DNA of 64,000 nucleotides from an uncultured Candidatus Saccharibacteria bacterium (GCA_964515375.1 CAZERF010000001.1:115243-179242); one strand, 5' to 3'; positions 1-11,829 are shown, counted from the stretch's first letter. Numbers and translations are program-made. Notes: generated by a model not told the origin, from the letters alone.

Positions 1-176
1 TTGAAGACGATGATGTTTGTTGGATGTGCGCTTGCGTAGAAAGCACGCGCGGTGATCGCTTCAGGCGAGCAGAATTCGGCACTACGAGACTCGTTGAGAT
101 CGAGGATCTCTTGAATGATACGCGGTTGCCGGTTCATGAGCGGGTAATTCTCCTGATGAAACATGGTCGACCTCAT
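1..176 (-). CDS. Partial ORF of unknown function running off the left edge. Its N-terminus reads MRSTMFHQENYPLMNRQPRIIQEILDLNESRSAEF when the minus strand is translated from 176.
   Basis: Read by hand from the reverse complement; an open frame continues to position 1. I recognise no motif. It overlaps the six-frame ORF 24..287 (+), which looks less protein-like. Confidence 0.25.
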   Translation of the reverse strand, partial: MRSTMFHQENYPLMNRQPRIIQEILDLNESRSAEFCSPEAITARAFYASAHPTNIIVF

Positions 177-309
177 TGTTGTTGTGAAGAAAGAAAGGAA
201 CAGCCGGGGAAAACTCTACTTCTTATTTTTGTAGTCGTCAATTGCATTTGTCCACCGAGAGGCGCATATCCCCATCAATTTTTTTGATTTTTTCCATAAA
301 TATGCTAGG

Positions 310-1336
<1,027 letters not shown>

Positions 1337-1354
1337 TCCTCTCACTTCCTTCGT

Positions 1355-1810
1355 ATGGAGATCCTTCACGCATTCGGTATAGAGTGGAAACTGCTCGCCA
1401 TTCAGGTGATCAACTTCGCGGTGGTGCTTTTTGTGTTGCATCGCTTTGCGTATACGCCGGTCATGGCGATCATCGCGAAACGCGAGAAGGAGATCGCGGA
1501 CGGCGTTCGTGCCGCGGAGGATGCCAAGCAAGAAGAGTCCCGTATTCGCGCGGAAAAGGAGGCAATACTCGCTCATGCGCGCGAGGAAGGAGGAAAGATC
1601 GTCGAGGAATTGCGCAAATCAGGTATCGAATCCGAACGTACGATCGTGCGTGAAGCGCAGGAGATGTCCTCTTCGATCCTGACCGATGCGCATGCACGTG
1701 CAGAAGAGGAACGCGCGCACTTGCTTCGCGAGAGCGAGAAGGAGATCGCGCGCGCCGCACTGCTTGCTGCAGAAAAGATCTTACGAGCCAATAACGCGGC
1801 CAATTCCTAG
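1355..1810 (+). CDS. atpF: F0F1 ATP synthase subunit b
   Basis: 151 aa with one N-terminal TM helix followed by a long charged (E/K/R/A-rich) helix. It sits between atpE and atpH. Confidence 0.8.
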   Translation: MEILHAFGIEWKLLAIQVINFAVVLFVLHRFAYTPVMAIIAKREKEIADGVRAAEDAKQEESRIRAEKEAILAHAREEGGKIVEELRKSGIESERTIVREAQEMSSSILTDAHARAEEERAHLLRESEKEIARAALLAAEKILRANNAANS

Positions 1811-1813
1811 ACC

Positions 1814-2218
1814 ATGCGCGCTTCGACCTACGCCAAAGCATTGCGAGAAGTCCTTCGATCACGGACTCATGATGAGGACGTTCTTGTCGAGCATTTTGTC
1901 GCGACAGTCCGCGCGAACGGTCATGAGTACCTTCTTCCCAGTATCGTGAAGGCCTTCGGGCGATTGGCGGAGAAAGAAGTGCGGAACGAGACCATCGAGG
2001 TCACTTCCGCTCACCCCCTCTCTGAGGACGATGTGGTTGGGGTCTTGAAACGACCGGAGTACCGCGACCTCCTCACCGCATCGCATCGTCGCGTCGCACG
2101 GAAGGTTGACGAAAGTATTGTCGGAGGAGTCGTCGTGCGCGCCGGTTCTCGTCGCGTTGACGGAAGTTACAAACGCGCATTGCTTGATATTTACCAAGAA
2201 TTCACCAACACCTTATAA
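1814..2218 (+). CDS. atpH: F0F1 ATP synthase subunit delta (OSCP), shortened form
   Basis: The N-terminus YAKALREVL and the C-terminal ...[29 protein letters not shown] match the delta/OSCP signature. At 134 aa it is shorter than the typical ~175 aa. Confidence 0.75.
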   Translation: MRASTYAKALREVLRSRTHDEDVLVEHFVATVRANGHEYLLPSIVKAFGRLAEKEVRNETIEVTSAHPLSEDDVVGVLKRPEYRDLLTASHRRVARKVDESIVGGVVVRAGSRRVDGSYKRALLDIYQEFTNTL

Positions 2219-2241
2219 GACTTGAGACTCATCACTTCACC

Positions 2242-3804
2242 ATGGAACACGTAGTAGAAAAACTAAAAAAGCAGATCATCGAATTCACTCCGAAGGCCAA
2301 GCAAGAGAAGGTCGGCGTGGTCATGTCCGCCGCAGACGGTATCGCGGAGGTGGACGGACTCGACGATGTCATGATGTCCGAGATGGTCGTCTTCGAAACG
2401 ACGGAAGGGAAGAGTCTTGAGGAAACGCTTCAAGGTGAGGACGCGCTCATTGGCATGGCGCTCAATCTCGAAGAGGATTCGGTAAAGATCGTCGTGCTTG
2501 GTGATGCGACGAAGATCAAGGAAGGTATGCTCGTGCGTTCGACCGGACAGATCCTCTCGATCCCGGTCGGTGATGAGTTGGTGGGGCGTGTGGTGAACCC
2601 GCTCGGAGAAGCGTTGGACGGAGGTGTGCCCGTACGCACCGCTAAACGCAATCCGATCGAGCGTCGCGCGTATGGTGTGATCGAACGCAAATCAGTCTCG
2701 ACTCCGCTTCATACAGGTATCAAGGCGATCGACGGCATGGTGCCGATCGGTCGTGGGCAGCGCGAGCTCATCATTGGTGATCGTCAGACCGGGAAGACCG
2801 TTGTCGCGATCGACACCATTTTAAATCAATTGAATGAACCGGTTGCGAACCGCCCCATTTGTATCTATGTGGCGATCGGACAAAAGGATTCCAAGATCGC
2901 ACGTATCGTTCAACAGCTCCGCGATCGCGGTGCGATGGACTATACGATCGTTGTTTCCGCTCCCGTGTCATCGTCGGCCGCGCTTCAATTCCTTGCTCCG
3001 TACGCCGGGGCAGCTATTGGCGAGTACTTCATGGACGCGGGTCGCGACGCACTCGTGATCTATGACGATCTTTCCAAGCATGCGGTGGCGTATCGTCAAA
3101 TGTCACTTCTCTTGCGCCGTCCGCCCGGACGTGAGGCATATCCCGGAGACATTTTCTATCTCCACTCTCGCTTGCTTGAGCGTGCCGCCCGCCTTTCCGA
3201 CAAGATGGGCGGAGGATCTTTGACGGCACTTCCGATCATTGAGACACAGGAGAATGACGTGTCAGCATATATTCCGACGAACGTCATCTCGATCACAGAC
3301 GGACAGATTTATCTTGAGGCGGACCTCTTCAACAAGGGTATTCGCCCCGCGATCAACGTGGGTGTGTCTGTTTCTCGTGTCGGTTCATCCGCCCAAACCA
3401 AGGCCATGAAAAAGGTTGCCGGTCGCTTGCGTCTTGAACTCGCACAGTTCCGCGAACTTGAGGCATTCGTACAGTTCTCTTCTGATCTCGACTCCGAAAC
3501 CAAGCAGCGCATCGAGAAGGGAAAGCTCATGGTGGAGGTTTTGAAGCAAGACAAATCTGTCCCGCTTCCGTTCGAGAAACAGGTGGCAATCATCTTTGTT
3601 GCCGGCGCGGATGTGTTGAATGATTGCGACAAGACTCGCGTCTCCGCGATCGAGTCCGCGTTCTTTGCACTGCTCGAATCTCAGTACCCGGAGGTCTTGA
3701 AGGAGATCGCCGCATCGCGCGATCTTTCGGATGAATCGCAAAAGACCCTAAAGGATGCGGTGGAAACCCTCCGCGCAACCCGCCCGGAATTCTTCGGGAA
3801 GTAA
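2242..3804 (+). CDS. atpA: F0F1 ATP synthase subunit alpha
   Basis: 520 aa with Walker A GDRQTGKT and typical alpha-subunit conservation throughout. Confidence 0.97.
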   Translation: MEHVVEKLKKQIIEFTPKAKQEKVGVVMSAADGIAEVDGLDDVMMSEMVVFETTEGKSLEETLQGEDALIGMALNLEEDSVKIVVLGDATKIKEGMLVRSTGQILSIPVGDELVGRVVNPLGEALDGGVPVRTAKRNPIERRAYGVIERKSVSTPLHTGIKAIDGMVPIGRGQRELIIGDRQTGKTVVAIDTILNQLNEPVANRPICIYVAIGQKDSKIARIVQQLRDRGAMDYTIVVSAPVSSSAALQFLAPYAGAAIGEYFMDAGRDALVIYDDLSKHAVAYRQMSLLLRRPPGREAYPGDIFYLHSRLLERAARLSDKMGGGSLTALPIIETQENDVSAYIPTNVISITDGQIYLEADLFNKGIRPAINVGVSVSRVGSSAQTKAMKKVAGRLRLELAQFRELEAFVQFSSDLDSETKQRIEKGKLMVEVLKQDKSVPLPFEKQVAIIFVAGADVLNDCDKTRVSAIESAFFALLESQYPEVLKEIAASRDLSDESQKTLKDAVETLRATRPEFFGK

Positions 3805-3810
3805 ACGAAC

Positions 3811-4125
3811 ATGAGTATTAAACCTGAAAAAGAGAGAATCATAAAATTGTGGATCATTGGAGTGATCGAGTTCTTCGCCTCTCTTCTTCTCTTGGCTCCA
3901 ACGTTTAATACTCATGCGTGGAAGTTGAGTTGTGGAGAGTCTGCATTTCCTTGTGAAATGGGTGCCGTTTTGCTTCCGAACAGCTTACTCTATTGGGGGT
4001 ATTCATTAATGCTGATCATTTCATTTGTGGTTATTGTACTCAAAAATTTGAAGTGGGCTTGGTTCCTAAACCTCACACTCCTTATTCTTTTTGTCCCCTT
4101 TACATTTATCGCCGCAAATATTTAA
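3811..4125 (+). CDS. Small hydrophobic membrane protein of unknown function, 104 aa, 3 predicted TM helices. It is inserted between atpA and atpG.
   Basis: The ORF fills the atpA-atpG gap exactly: its stop TAA at 4123-4125 is followed by the atpG ATG at 4127. It is visibly more AT-rich than the flanking atp genes. I recognise no homolog. Confidence 0.5.
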   Translation: MSIKPEKERIIKLWIIGVIEFFASLLLLAPTFNTHAWKLSCGESAFPCEMGAVLLPNSLLYWGYSLMLIISFVVIVLKNLKWAWFLNLTLLILFVPFTFIAANI

Positions 4126-4126
4126 C

Positions 4127-5056
4127 ATGTCTCTCAAAGCCGTTAAAAACAAAATAAAGTCGATTGACAAGACTCGCCAAGTGACGAAGGCGATGGAAGC
4201 GGTCTCTGCGGTCAAGATGCGCAAGTCACAGTCGCTCGCACTCGGAACTCGCCCGTACGCGCTTTCTGCGCTCAAGATCCTTCGGAGTATCTCGGGTTCG
4301 ATCGAAGCGGCAAACCACCCGCTCACAACCGAGCGCCCGGTCACACGCACGATCCTTATTGTCGTGTCCGCGGACAAGGGGCTTGCCGGAAGCTATGGTG
4401 CGTCACTCTTGAAGCAGACGTATCGCTTCATGGCGGAGCATGCGCTCACAAAGGACAATACCGCCCTTATCATGATCGGAAAGAAAGCGCATGAGCATTT
4501 TGCAAAGCGTGGTTGGACGATTCTTGCACATTATGAGCACTGGAGTGATCACGTGGATTTCGACGCGATCCGACCGCTTGCGGACATGGTGAAGGAATTA
4601 TTCGTGAGTGGATCTTATGACCGGGTGCATATTGTGTACACAAATTTTGTTTCGACCCTGAAGCAGGCCGTGTATACACGACAACTCTTGCCGGTCTCGT
4701 TTGCGCGTGTCGAAGAGGTGGTGCGTGGGATCACCCCCGAAAAAGGCAAATTCTCCGACACTGCAAAGGGGGATGACTTGCGTGTGAAAGAGTACGTCTT
4801 CGAGCCCTCCGCGGAGACGATCCTTACAAATTTGATCCCACTTCTTTTCAATATTCAGATCTACCACTCGATCCTTGAGGCGAACGCGTCGGAACATTCC
4901 GCGCGTATGATCGCCATGAAGAATGCGTCCGACAGTGCGGGGGATATCTCGCGTGGACTCAAGCTTTACTTCAACAAGGTACGTCAATCCGCGATCACGA
5001 GAGAGGTCTCCGAGATCGTTGGTGGCATGGAGTCGATGCGTATCGTTGATCGTTAA
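4127..5056 (+). CDS. atpG: F0F1 ATP synthase subunit gamma
   Basis: MSLKAVKNKIKSIDKTRQVTKAMEAVSAVKMRK... is the typical gamma N-terminal helix, and the C-terminal helix (...ITREVSEIVGGMESM) matches too. The track ORF starts at 4091, but the ATG at 4127 avoids overlap with the upstream ORF. Confidence 0.9.
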   Translation: MSLKAVKNKIKSIDKTRQVTKAMEAVSAVKMRKSQSLALGTRPYALSALKILRSISGSIEAANHPLTTERPVTRTILIVVSADKGLAGSYGASLLKQTYRFMAEHALTKDNTALIMIGKKAHEHFAKRGWTILAHYEHWSDHVDFDAIRPLADMVKELFVSGSYDRVHIVYTNFVSTLKQAVYTRQLLPVSFARVEEVVRGITPEKGKFSDTAKGDDLRVKEYVFEPSAETILTNLIPLLFNIQIYHSILEANASEHSARMIAMKNASDSAGDISRGLKLYFNKVRQSAITREVSEIVGGMESMRIVDR

Positions 5057-5073
5057 TCATTCATCACATCATC

Positions 5074-5457
5074 ATGGACGAAGATATGAACATGGATCGG
5101 ATCGCGAAGGAGGATGTCATCGACGCCGCGAATGACCCCGAGCAGTCCGACACGCTTGACCTCCTCACGCTTTATTTCGAGCAAGAGTGCGGAGAAAGCA
5201 AGGATGCCGCGGTGATTATCAAGGAAGCGCACGATGCCGCGATGATCCTCTTTGACGCCAAACGTTACGAGGATACTGTCGAGTGGCTCGACCGAGTCGC
5301 AACCAAACTCTCCGATGAAGAAGGTCCCGACAGTGAACTCTATATGGCCTTCGCTGAAAGTGAGGAGCTTGAGGATCTTCGCATGAAGGCGACCGACAAG
5401 ATCTTTGGTGGCGAAGAAGAAGAGGAAGATGATGATTATAATAATGATGATGAATAA
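5074..5457 (+). CDS. Acidic hypothetical protein, 127 aa, with a poly-E/D tail. It lies between atpG and atpD.
   Basis: Clean ORF in the atpG-atpD gap. The C-terminus is EEEEEDDDYNNDDE, and the central segment AHDAAMILFDAKRYEDTVEWLDRV resembles a segment of the next ORF. Confidence 0.5.
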   Translation: MDEDMNMDRIAKEDVIDAANDPEQSDTLDLLTLYFEQECGESKDAAVIIKEAHDAAMILFDAKRYEDTVEWLDRVATKLSDEEGPDSELYMAFAESEELEDLRMKATDKIFGGEEEEEDDDYNNDDE

Positions 5458-5458
5458 T

Positions 5459-5866
5459 ATGCACGAAGGAGTCCCGCAAGAAGAACAAAATACTCAACCC
5501 ATTGAGTCTCAAGATGAAGATAATATGAACAAGGAAGCAACAGTAAAGGTCATCACTCCGGAATCGGTCGTCGCCACACTCAAGGAGGGGGACGTGAGTC
5601 AACTTATCGAATACCGAAAAGCCCTTGAAGAATCCATGGGTGAGACGACTGAAGGACGCTTTGATCTCGAAGAAATCATGATTCGTCTCTATGTTGCTGC
5701 AGGAATGCACGATGAAGCACTTGATACGGTTGACGCAATGCTTGATATGGCAGACGGTGAACGCAATGATGCACAATATGAACGATTCCGTGCGATGGGG
5801 ATGGAAATAAGCGCTTTGTTGAGTCAGAACAATATGCCGATCGAAACACCGAGAACAGACAACTAA
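5459..5866 (+). CDS. Acidic hypothetical protein, ~135 aa, probable paralog of the 5074..5457 product
   Basis: The track ORF starts at 5405 inside the previous gene. The ATG at 5459 (MHEGVPQEEQ...) comes right after the upstream stop and is the likely start. The segment LYVAAGMHDEALDTVDAMLDM parallels YEDTVEWLDRV of the neighbour. Confidence 0.5.
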   Translation: MHEGVPQEEQNTQPIESQDEDNMNKEATVKVITPESVVATLKEGDVSQLIEYRKALEESMGETTEGRFDLEEIMIRLYVAAGMHDEALDTVDAMLDMADGERNDAQYERFRAMGMEISALLSQNNMPIETPRTDN

Positions 5867-5885
5867 GATTATTATTTATTCGTAA

Positions 5886-7295
<1,410 letters not shown>

Positions 7296-7315
7296 TCATT
7301 CATTGAATCTTTGAT

Positions 7316-7549
7316 ATGAAACTTACCATCACACAGATCGACAAAGTGCTTTGGAAGGGTGATGCGACGAGCGTGACCGTTCCGGGCGCGAGCGGCACAA
7401 TGACCGTACTTGATCATCAGATGCCACTCATCACAACTCTCGAGAAGGGTGTCGTGATGGTGACCGCGGAAAACGGCGAAAAGACTTCATTTCCCATCAC
7501 ATCAGGCTTTCTTGAGGTGGGGAAGAGTGAGACGGTGGTGCTTGTTTAG
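7316..7549 (+). CDS. atpC: F0F1 ATP synthase subunit epsilon, N-terminal beta-sandwich domain only (77 aa)
   Basis: The sequence MKLTITQIDKVLWKGDATSVTVPGASGTMTVLDHQMPLITTLEKGVVMV matches the epsilon N-domain. The ORF stops after 77 aa and a hairpin/T-tract follows, so no C-terminal helical hairpin is encoded. Confidence 0.8.
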   Translation: MKLTITQIDKVLWKGDATSVTVPGASGTMTVLDHQMPLITTLEKGVVMVTAENGEKTSFPITSGFLEVGKSETVVLV

Positions 7550-7570
7550 TCACTCCCGCGGAGAAACACT

Positions 7571-7600
7571 CGAGAAGAACTCTCGGGTGTTTTGTTGTAT
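7571..7600 (+). terminator. Putative intrinsic terminator after atpC
   Basis: Imperfect hairpin CTCGAGA-agaac-TCTCGGG is followed by tgttttgttg. It overlaps a TATAAT (7598-7603) that sits only ~8 nt before the next ATG. Confidence 0.35.
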
Positions 7601-7611
7601 AATGAAACGGT

Positions 7612-10323
7612 ATGCGTGATCAAAGCGAGCGTGAATGGTATCGGTTGCCCCGCGAAGAAGTATATACGATCTTGCGCACGGGGGAAGCGGGTCTTTCGGA
7701 TGACGAAGCGGCGACTTGTCGCTTGAAAATGGGTACAAATGTCCTTTCGGACCCCAAGAAATCGTCTTTTGTTGATCGTATCGTCGATGAACTTAAGAAT
7801 CCGCTTGCTTTTGTGCTTCTCTCCGCGGGGATCGTTACGACGCTTATCCGCGAATATGTCGACTCGACGGTCATCTTTGTTGCGCTCATTATCAATGTTG
7901 CAATCAGTCTCTATCAGCAGGGTCGTGCGGACAAGGCGTTTGTCCGCCTTCGTGATTCACAGGAGAAGCATGCAACCGTCATCCGTTCAGGAGAAAAGCG
8001 ACGGATCCTCGCACGTGAACTTGTTCCCGGCGACATGATCGAGGTCGCTTCCGGAATGAATGTTCCTGCCGATGCACGGATCATTACCGCAACGCGTTGT
8101 GAGGTCAACGAGTCCGCGCTCACGGGAGAGTGGATCGACATTACCAAGGAGGATGCGTACTATGACCGCCTTCTCCCGCTTTCGGAACGGAAGAATATGC
8201 TCTATATGGGTACGCTCGTCACCTCGGGCGTCGCGCAGGCGGTCGTTGTGGCGACGGGTGACCATACTGAATTCGGGAGTATCGCTACTGCACTTAAAAA
8301 ACAAAACGAAGCGATCACTCCTCTTCAGGAAAATATCGCCAACATCGCGCGTTTTCTTTCGTATATCGTGATCGGCGCGCTCGTCGTGATCTTTGTCCTT
8401 GGAATGTTGCGCGACATTCCCTTTGCGGAACTCCTCTTGATATCGATCGCGATCGCGGTTGCCGCTATTCCTGAAGGAATGCCCGCCGCAGTCACTGTCT
8501 CTCTGGCCATCGGGATGGAGTCGATACTTCGCCGTGGAGGATTGGTGCGCAACTTGCTTGCCGCCGAGACGTTGGGTTCGACGACGGTGATCATGACTGA
8601 CAAGACCGGAACACTGACAAAAGGAGAGATGCGCATCGCGCACGTCGCAACCCTCGGAAGTCTCCGTGCCTCACTTCCTCGTGGCTCCGATGACCCTCAT
8701 GTTCCGCAAAACGGAGATGAACACGATCTTCTTCAGTTTGCGACACTTGCCTCCGATGCATATATTGAGCGCGCGCCAAAGGAAGGAGGGGCGGCTGAGG
8801 ATACCGTTGTTGGTCGTCCTGTTGAGAGAGCGATCGTCTCTGCCGCACTCGAATCCGGCATCGATCAACGCGCGTTGCTTCAAGATTTCCCGAGGATCGA
8901 GTTCCTGCCTTTTTCTTCCGACTTTCCCGTCGCGATGTCTCTTCATCGCGTGCGTGGATTGGCGGCGCACCGTTTGTACATGAGTGGTGCTCCCGAATTC
9001 TTGCTTTCTCATGCATCACTCGCCTACATCGCGGGGCGTGCTGAATCGATGAGTGAGGCGGTGCGAAATATTCTCTCTACAACGCTTTCGCGTTACGCAA
9101 GTGACGGACTCCGTGTCATTGCGGTCGCCTATCGTGAAGGCGAGGTGAAACATCTCGGAGAAACAGGAGGCGATCGACGTCGCAAAGAACTCTTGCGTGA
9201 GTTAGTTTTTGTTGGATTCATTGTCTTCCGTGATCCGTTGCGCGAGGATGCGGCTTCTTCGATTTCAGAGGCGCAAGATGGAGGTACAAGGGTCATTATG
9301 GTGACGGGAGACAATCCGGAGACCGCGCGTTCGATCGCTTTTGAGTGTGGAATATGGCACGAAGGTGACCTTGTCCTTTCGGGTGCCGATGTGGAAAAGA
9401 TGAACGACCGGACCCTCTCCGACATGCTCCCTCGTACGTCGGTCTTTGCGCGCATGACTCCCGACAACAAGATGCGGATCGCGCGTTTACTCCTTGCTTC
9501 GGGTGAGGTTGTCGCGATGACGGGAGACGGAGTGAACGACGCTCCTGCTTTGCGCGTCGCTTCGATCGGCATCGCGCTCGGTTCCGGTACTGAGGTTGCA
9601 AAGGAGGCTTCCGATCTCGTTCTGCTTTCCAATAGTTTCCGCATTATTGTTGCGGCGATCGAAGAGGGGAGAAGAATCATCGACAACCTGCGCAAGATCG
9701 TCGCGTACCTCCTTTCTACATCGGGAGGAGAGATCATTGTTGTCGGGGGAGCGCTTGCATTCGGTCTTCCTCTTCCGCTTCTTCCCGCGCAGATCCTCTG
9801 GACGAATATCCTCTCCGAGGGATTCATGAATTTTTCATTTGCCTTCGAGCCGAAAGAGGCGGACCTCATGCAACGCGATCCGAAGCACTCCAGTGCGCGC
9901 ACAATGCTTTCACGCCGGCTCATGGTCTTTGTGACAACGCTCGCACTCTCTTCGGGGGCACTCCTCCTGCTCTTGTATTGGTACCTTATGAAAATGACCG
10001 ACATGTCGCTTGACGGCGCAAGAACCGTCATGTTCATTGCGCTCACGCTGGTGATGGTCTTTTCGGTCTTTTCTCTCAAAGATCTTCGCGCGCCGATCTG
10101 GAAGACGCGAATCTGGAATAATCCTTACATCTTTGCGTCCATAGGAATCACCCTTTTTGGACTTTTTCTCGCACTCTTTGTCCCTCCGGTCACGGATATG
10201 CTGCGGCTCGTTCCCGGTGAGGCAAAGGCGCACCCCTTCCTCTTCGCGGCTGTCGTTGTGGCGAATATTCTCGCCATTGAACTCGCTAAATATCTGCTAT
10301 TTTCACGGCGCGTGCATTCGTGA
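7612..10323 (+). CDS. P-type cation-transporting ATPase (type II, SERCA/PMCA-like)
   Basis: 903 aa carrying the phosphorylation motif DKTGTLT, TGDN and the hinge GDGVNDAPAL. A cation-ATPase N-domain and 10 TM segments are present. Confidence 0.9.
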   Translation: MRDQSEREWYRLPREEVYTILRTGEAGLSDDEAATCRLKMGTNVLSDPKKSSFVDRIVDELKNPLAFVLLSAGIVTTLIREYVDSTVIFVALIINVAISLYQQGRADKAFVRLRDSQEKHATVIRSGEKRRILARELVPGDMIEVASGMNVPADARIITATRCEVNESALTGEWIDITKEDAYYDRLLPLSERKNMLYMGTLVTSGVAQAVVVATGDHTEFGSIATALKKQNEAITPLQENIANIARFLSYIVIGALVVIFVLGMLRDIPFAELLLISIAIAVAAIPEGMPAAVTVSLAIGMESILRRGGLVRNLLAAETLGSTTVIMTDKTGTLTKGEMRIAHVATLGSLRASLPRGSDDPHVPQNGDEHDLLQFATLASDAYIERAPKEGGAAEDTVVGRPVERAIVSAALESGIDQRALLQDFPRIEFLPFSSDFPVAMSLHRVRGLAAHRLYMSGAPEFLLSHASLAYIAGRAESMSEAVRNILSTTLSRYASDGLRVIAVAYREGEVKHLGETGGDRRRKELLRELVFVGFIVFRDPLREDAASSISEAQDGGTRVIMVTGDNPETARSIAFECGIWHEGDLVLSGADVEKMNDRTLSDMLPRTSVFARMTPDNKMRIARLLLASGEVVAMTGDGVNDAPALRVASIGIALGSGTEVAKEASDLVLLSNSFRIIVAAIEEGRRIIDNLRKIVAYLLSTSGGEIIVVGGALAFGLPLPLLPAQILWTNILSEGFMNFSFAFEPKEADLMQRDPKHSSARTMLSRRLMVFVTTLALSSGALLLLLYWYLMKMTDMSLDGARTVMFIALTLVMVFSVFSLKDLRAPIWKTRIWNNPYIFASIGITLFGLFLALFVPPVTDMLRLVPGEAKAHPFLFAAVVVANILAIELAKYLLFSRRVHS

Positions 10324-10335
10324 TACACTCACAGC

Positions 10336-11421
10336 ATGGAAACCGCATTTTATGTTTTGATCGCGCTTTTTGTGGGCGCCGGAGTTGTTTGGTTCATTGT
10401 GGGACGCAAAAGGGAAGAGGTTGAGGGTACTCAAAACAAGGAGACCATGCTCCTTTTGCAACAATTGAACGAGATGAACAAACTCCTTGATACTCGTCTC
10501 TCGGAGTCGCGCAAAGAGATGACCGACGCGGTTCGTGTGCAATTTTCCGAATCCCAGCGCCTTCTCCGCGAGATCAATGAGCAGATGAACAAAAGTCTCG
10601 TTGATGTCGCGCGCGAACAGACCAAGACCAACGAAGCAACGACACGATTCATGTCGATCGCCGAGCAGCTCGCCAGTCTCGAAAAGACATTGAAGCACCA
10701 GAAACAGCGCGGGAACTTGGGCGAAGCATCGCTTGAACTCATACTCTCCAACATCTTGCCGCCGGGCACGTACAAGATGCAGCACGAGTTCGCGAACAAG
10801 GAAAAAGTGGATGCGATCATCGTCACCAAAGAAGGTGTCATTCCCGTCGATGCAAAGTTCTCGCTCGACAACTACAATCGAGTGACGATGGCGATCGATG
10901 ACAAGCAGCGCGAGGAGCTTGAGAAAGAATTCAAGAATGACCTCAAAAAGCGCATCGACGAGACCGCAAAGTATATTCGCCCCGAAGAGGGGACTCTTCC
11001 GTTCGCTTTTATGTTCATTCCTGCCGAAGGAATCTACTACGACCTGCTGATCAATGAAGTGGGCGCGGTCAAAGTGAATACGCGCAATCTTATTGACTAT
11101 GCCTACAACGACAAAAAGGTGATCATCGTCTCTCCGACGACCTTTGCTGCCTATCTCCAGTCTGTGCTCTACGGGTTCAAGGCGTTCAAGATCGAAGAGG
11201 GCGCCAAGGAGATCGGAAAGCGTGTCGGCGAGCTCGGCAAACATTTGAAGGCGTATGAGGAGTATATGGCGAAGCTTGGTAATGCACTTGGAACTACGGT
11301 CAATCACTACAACGCGGCGCACAAAGAATTAGGAAAGATCGACAAAGATGTGACCCGTATCACGGGTGGAAGTCCGGGGATCGATGTGCTCCAGATCGAC
11401 AAGCCCGACCAAGGAGAATAA
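10336..11421 (+). CDS. rmuC: DNA recombination protein RmuC family
   Basis: N-terminal TM helix, a long coiled coil, then the conserved RmuC C-terminal nuclease-like region (...FMFIPAEGIYYDLL...VIIVSPTTFAAYLQ...). Confidence 0.8.
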   Translation: METAFYVLIALFVGAGVVWFIVGRKREEVEGTQNKETMLLLQQLNEMNKLLDTRLSESRKEMTDAVRVQFSESQRLLREINEQMNKSLVDVAREQTKTNEATTRFMSIAEQLASLEKTLKHQKQRGNLGEASLELILSNILPPGTYKMQHEFANKEKVDAIIVTKEGVIPVDAKFSLDNYNRVTMAIDDKQREELEKEFKNDLKKRIDETAKYIRPEEGTLPFAFMFIPAEGIYYDLLINEVGAVKVNTRNLIDYAYNDKKVIIVSPTTFAAYLQSVLYGFKAFKIEEGAKEIGKRVGELGKHLKAYEEYMAKLGNALGTTVNHYNAAHKELGKIDKDVTRITGGSPGIDVLQIDKPDQGE

Positions 11422-11455
11422 AAAATACCGCCCTCTCGAAGAGGGCGGCGTGCTT
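11419..11455. terminator. Hairpin terminator between the convergent rmuC and 11467..11829 genes
   Basis: CCGCCCTC-tcgaa-GAGGGCGG stem at 11428-11448. An A-run precedes it on the plus strand, which gives a T-run for the minus-strand gene. Confidence 0.5.
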
Positions 11456-11466
11456 TCCGCGGAATC

Positions 11467-11829
11467 CTACCTCCCGTCTTGTTGTGAGACGAGGAGGCGG
11501 AAGGTTGCGACGGCGATGGAGATAAAGAGCTCATCACCTCTTAAATGCGGAGCAGCAGCCCCTTGAGCATCTTTTGCCATCGCGAGCGCCTTTGCGGCGT
11601 CCTCGCGAAGGCGTAGGACCTGCGCCTCCGTCATTCCGTACGAGGCAAGAATGGGAATTGCCTCTGCGGTCAGCGCTCCGGCGAGCTTCCCGGTTTGCAA
11701 TTCTTGAGGGGTATTTGATGAGGTGACCGCATCTGACATCGCTTTTGTTGCGATCTTGCTGAGGTTTCTGATTTTTTGTGTGTTGTCGGAGGGGGGGTAA
11801 TATCCAGGAACCAGCATTTTTCTCTCCAA
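11467..11829 (-). CDS. Hypothetical protein, 120 aa
   Basis: Clean ORF between terminators. It is Ala-rich and helical, and I recognise no motif. Confidence 0.4.
   Translation of the reverse strand: MERKMLVPGYYPPSDNTQKIRNLSKIATKAMSDAVTSSNTPQELQTGKLAGALTAEAIPILASYGMTEAQVLRLREDAAKALAMAKDAQGAAAPHLRGDELFISIAVATFRLLVSQQDGR

Noticed and set aside
24-287. 87-aa plus-strand ORF at the left edge
   Set aside because: Cys-rich and implausible. A minus-strand partial ORF (1-176) looks more protein-like, though it is itself uncertain.
5400-5460. GAA/GAT-rich low-complexity repeat (gaagaagaagaggaagatgatgat...)
   Set aside because: It encodes the poly-E/D tail of the acidic ORF. It is a coding low-complexity tract, not a functional DNA repeat or CRISPR-like array.
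9129-10079. 316-aa antisense ORF within the P-type ATPase gene
   Set aside because: Ser/Arg-rich with no motifs. It is fully contained in a strongly supported CDS on the other strand.
10303-11322. 339-aa antisense ORF opposite rmuC
   Set aside because: Low-complexity (D/L/F/R-rich) mirror translation of the RmuC coiled-coil region. RmuC is the conserved frame.
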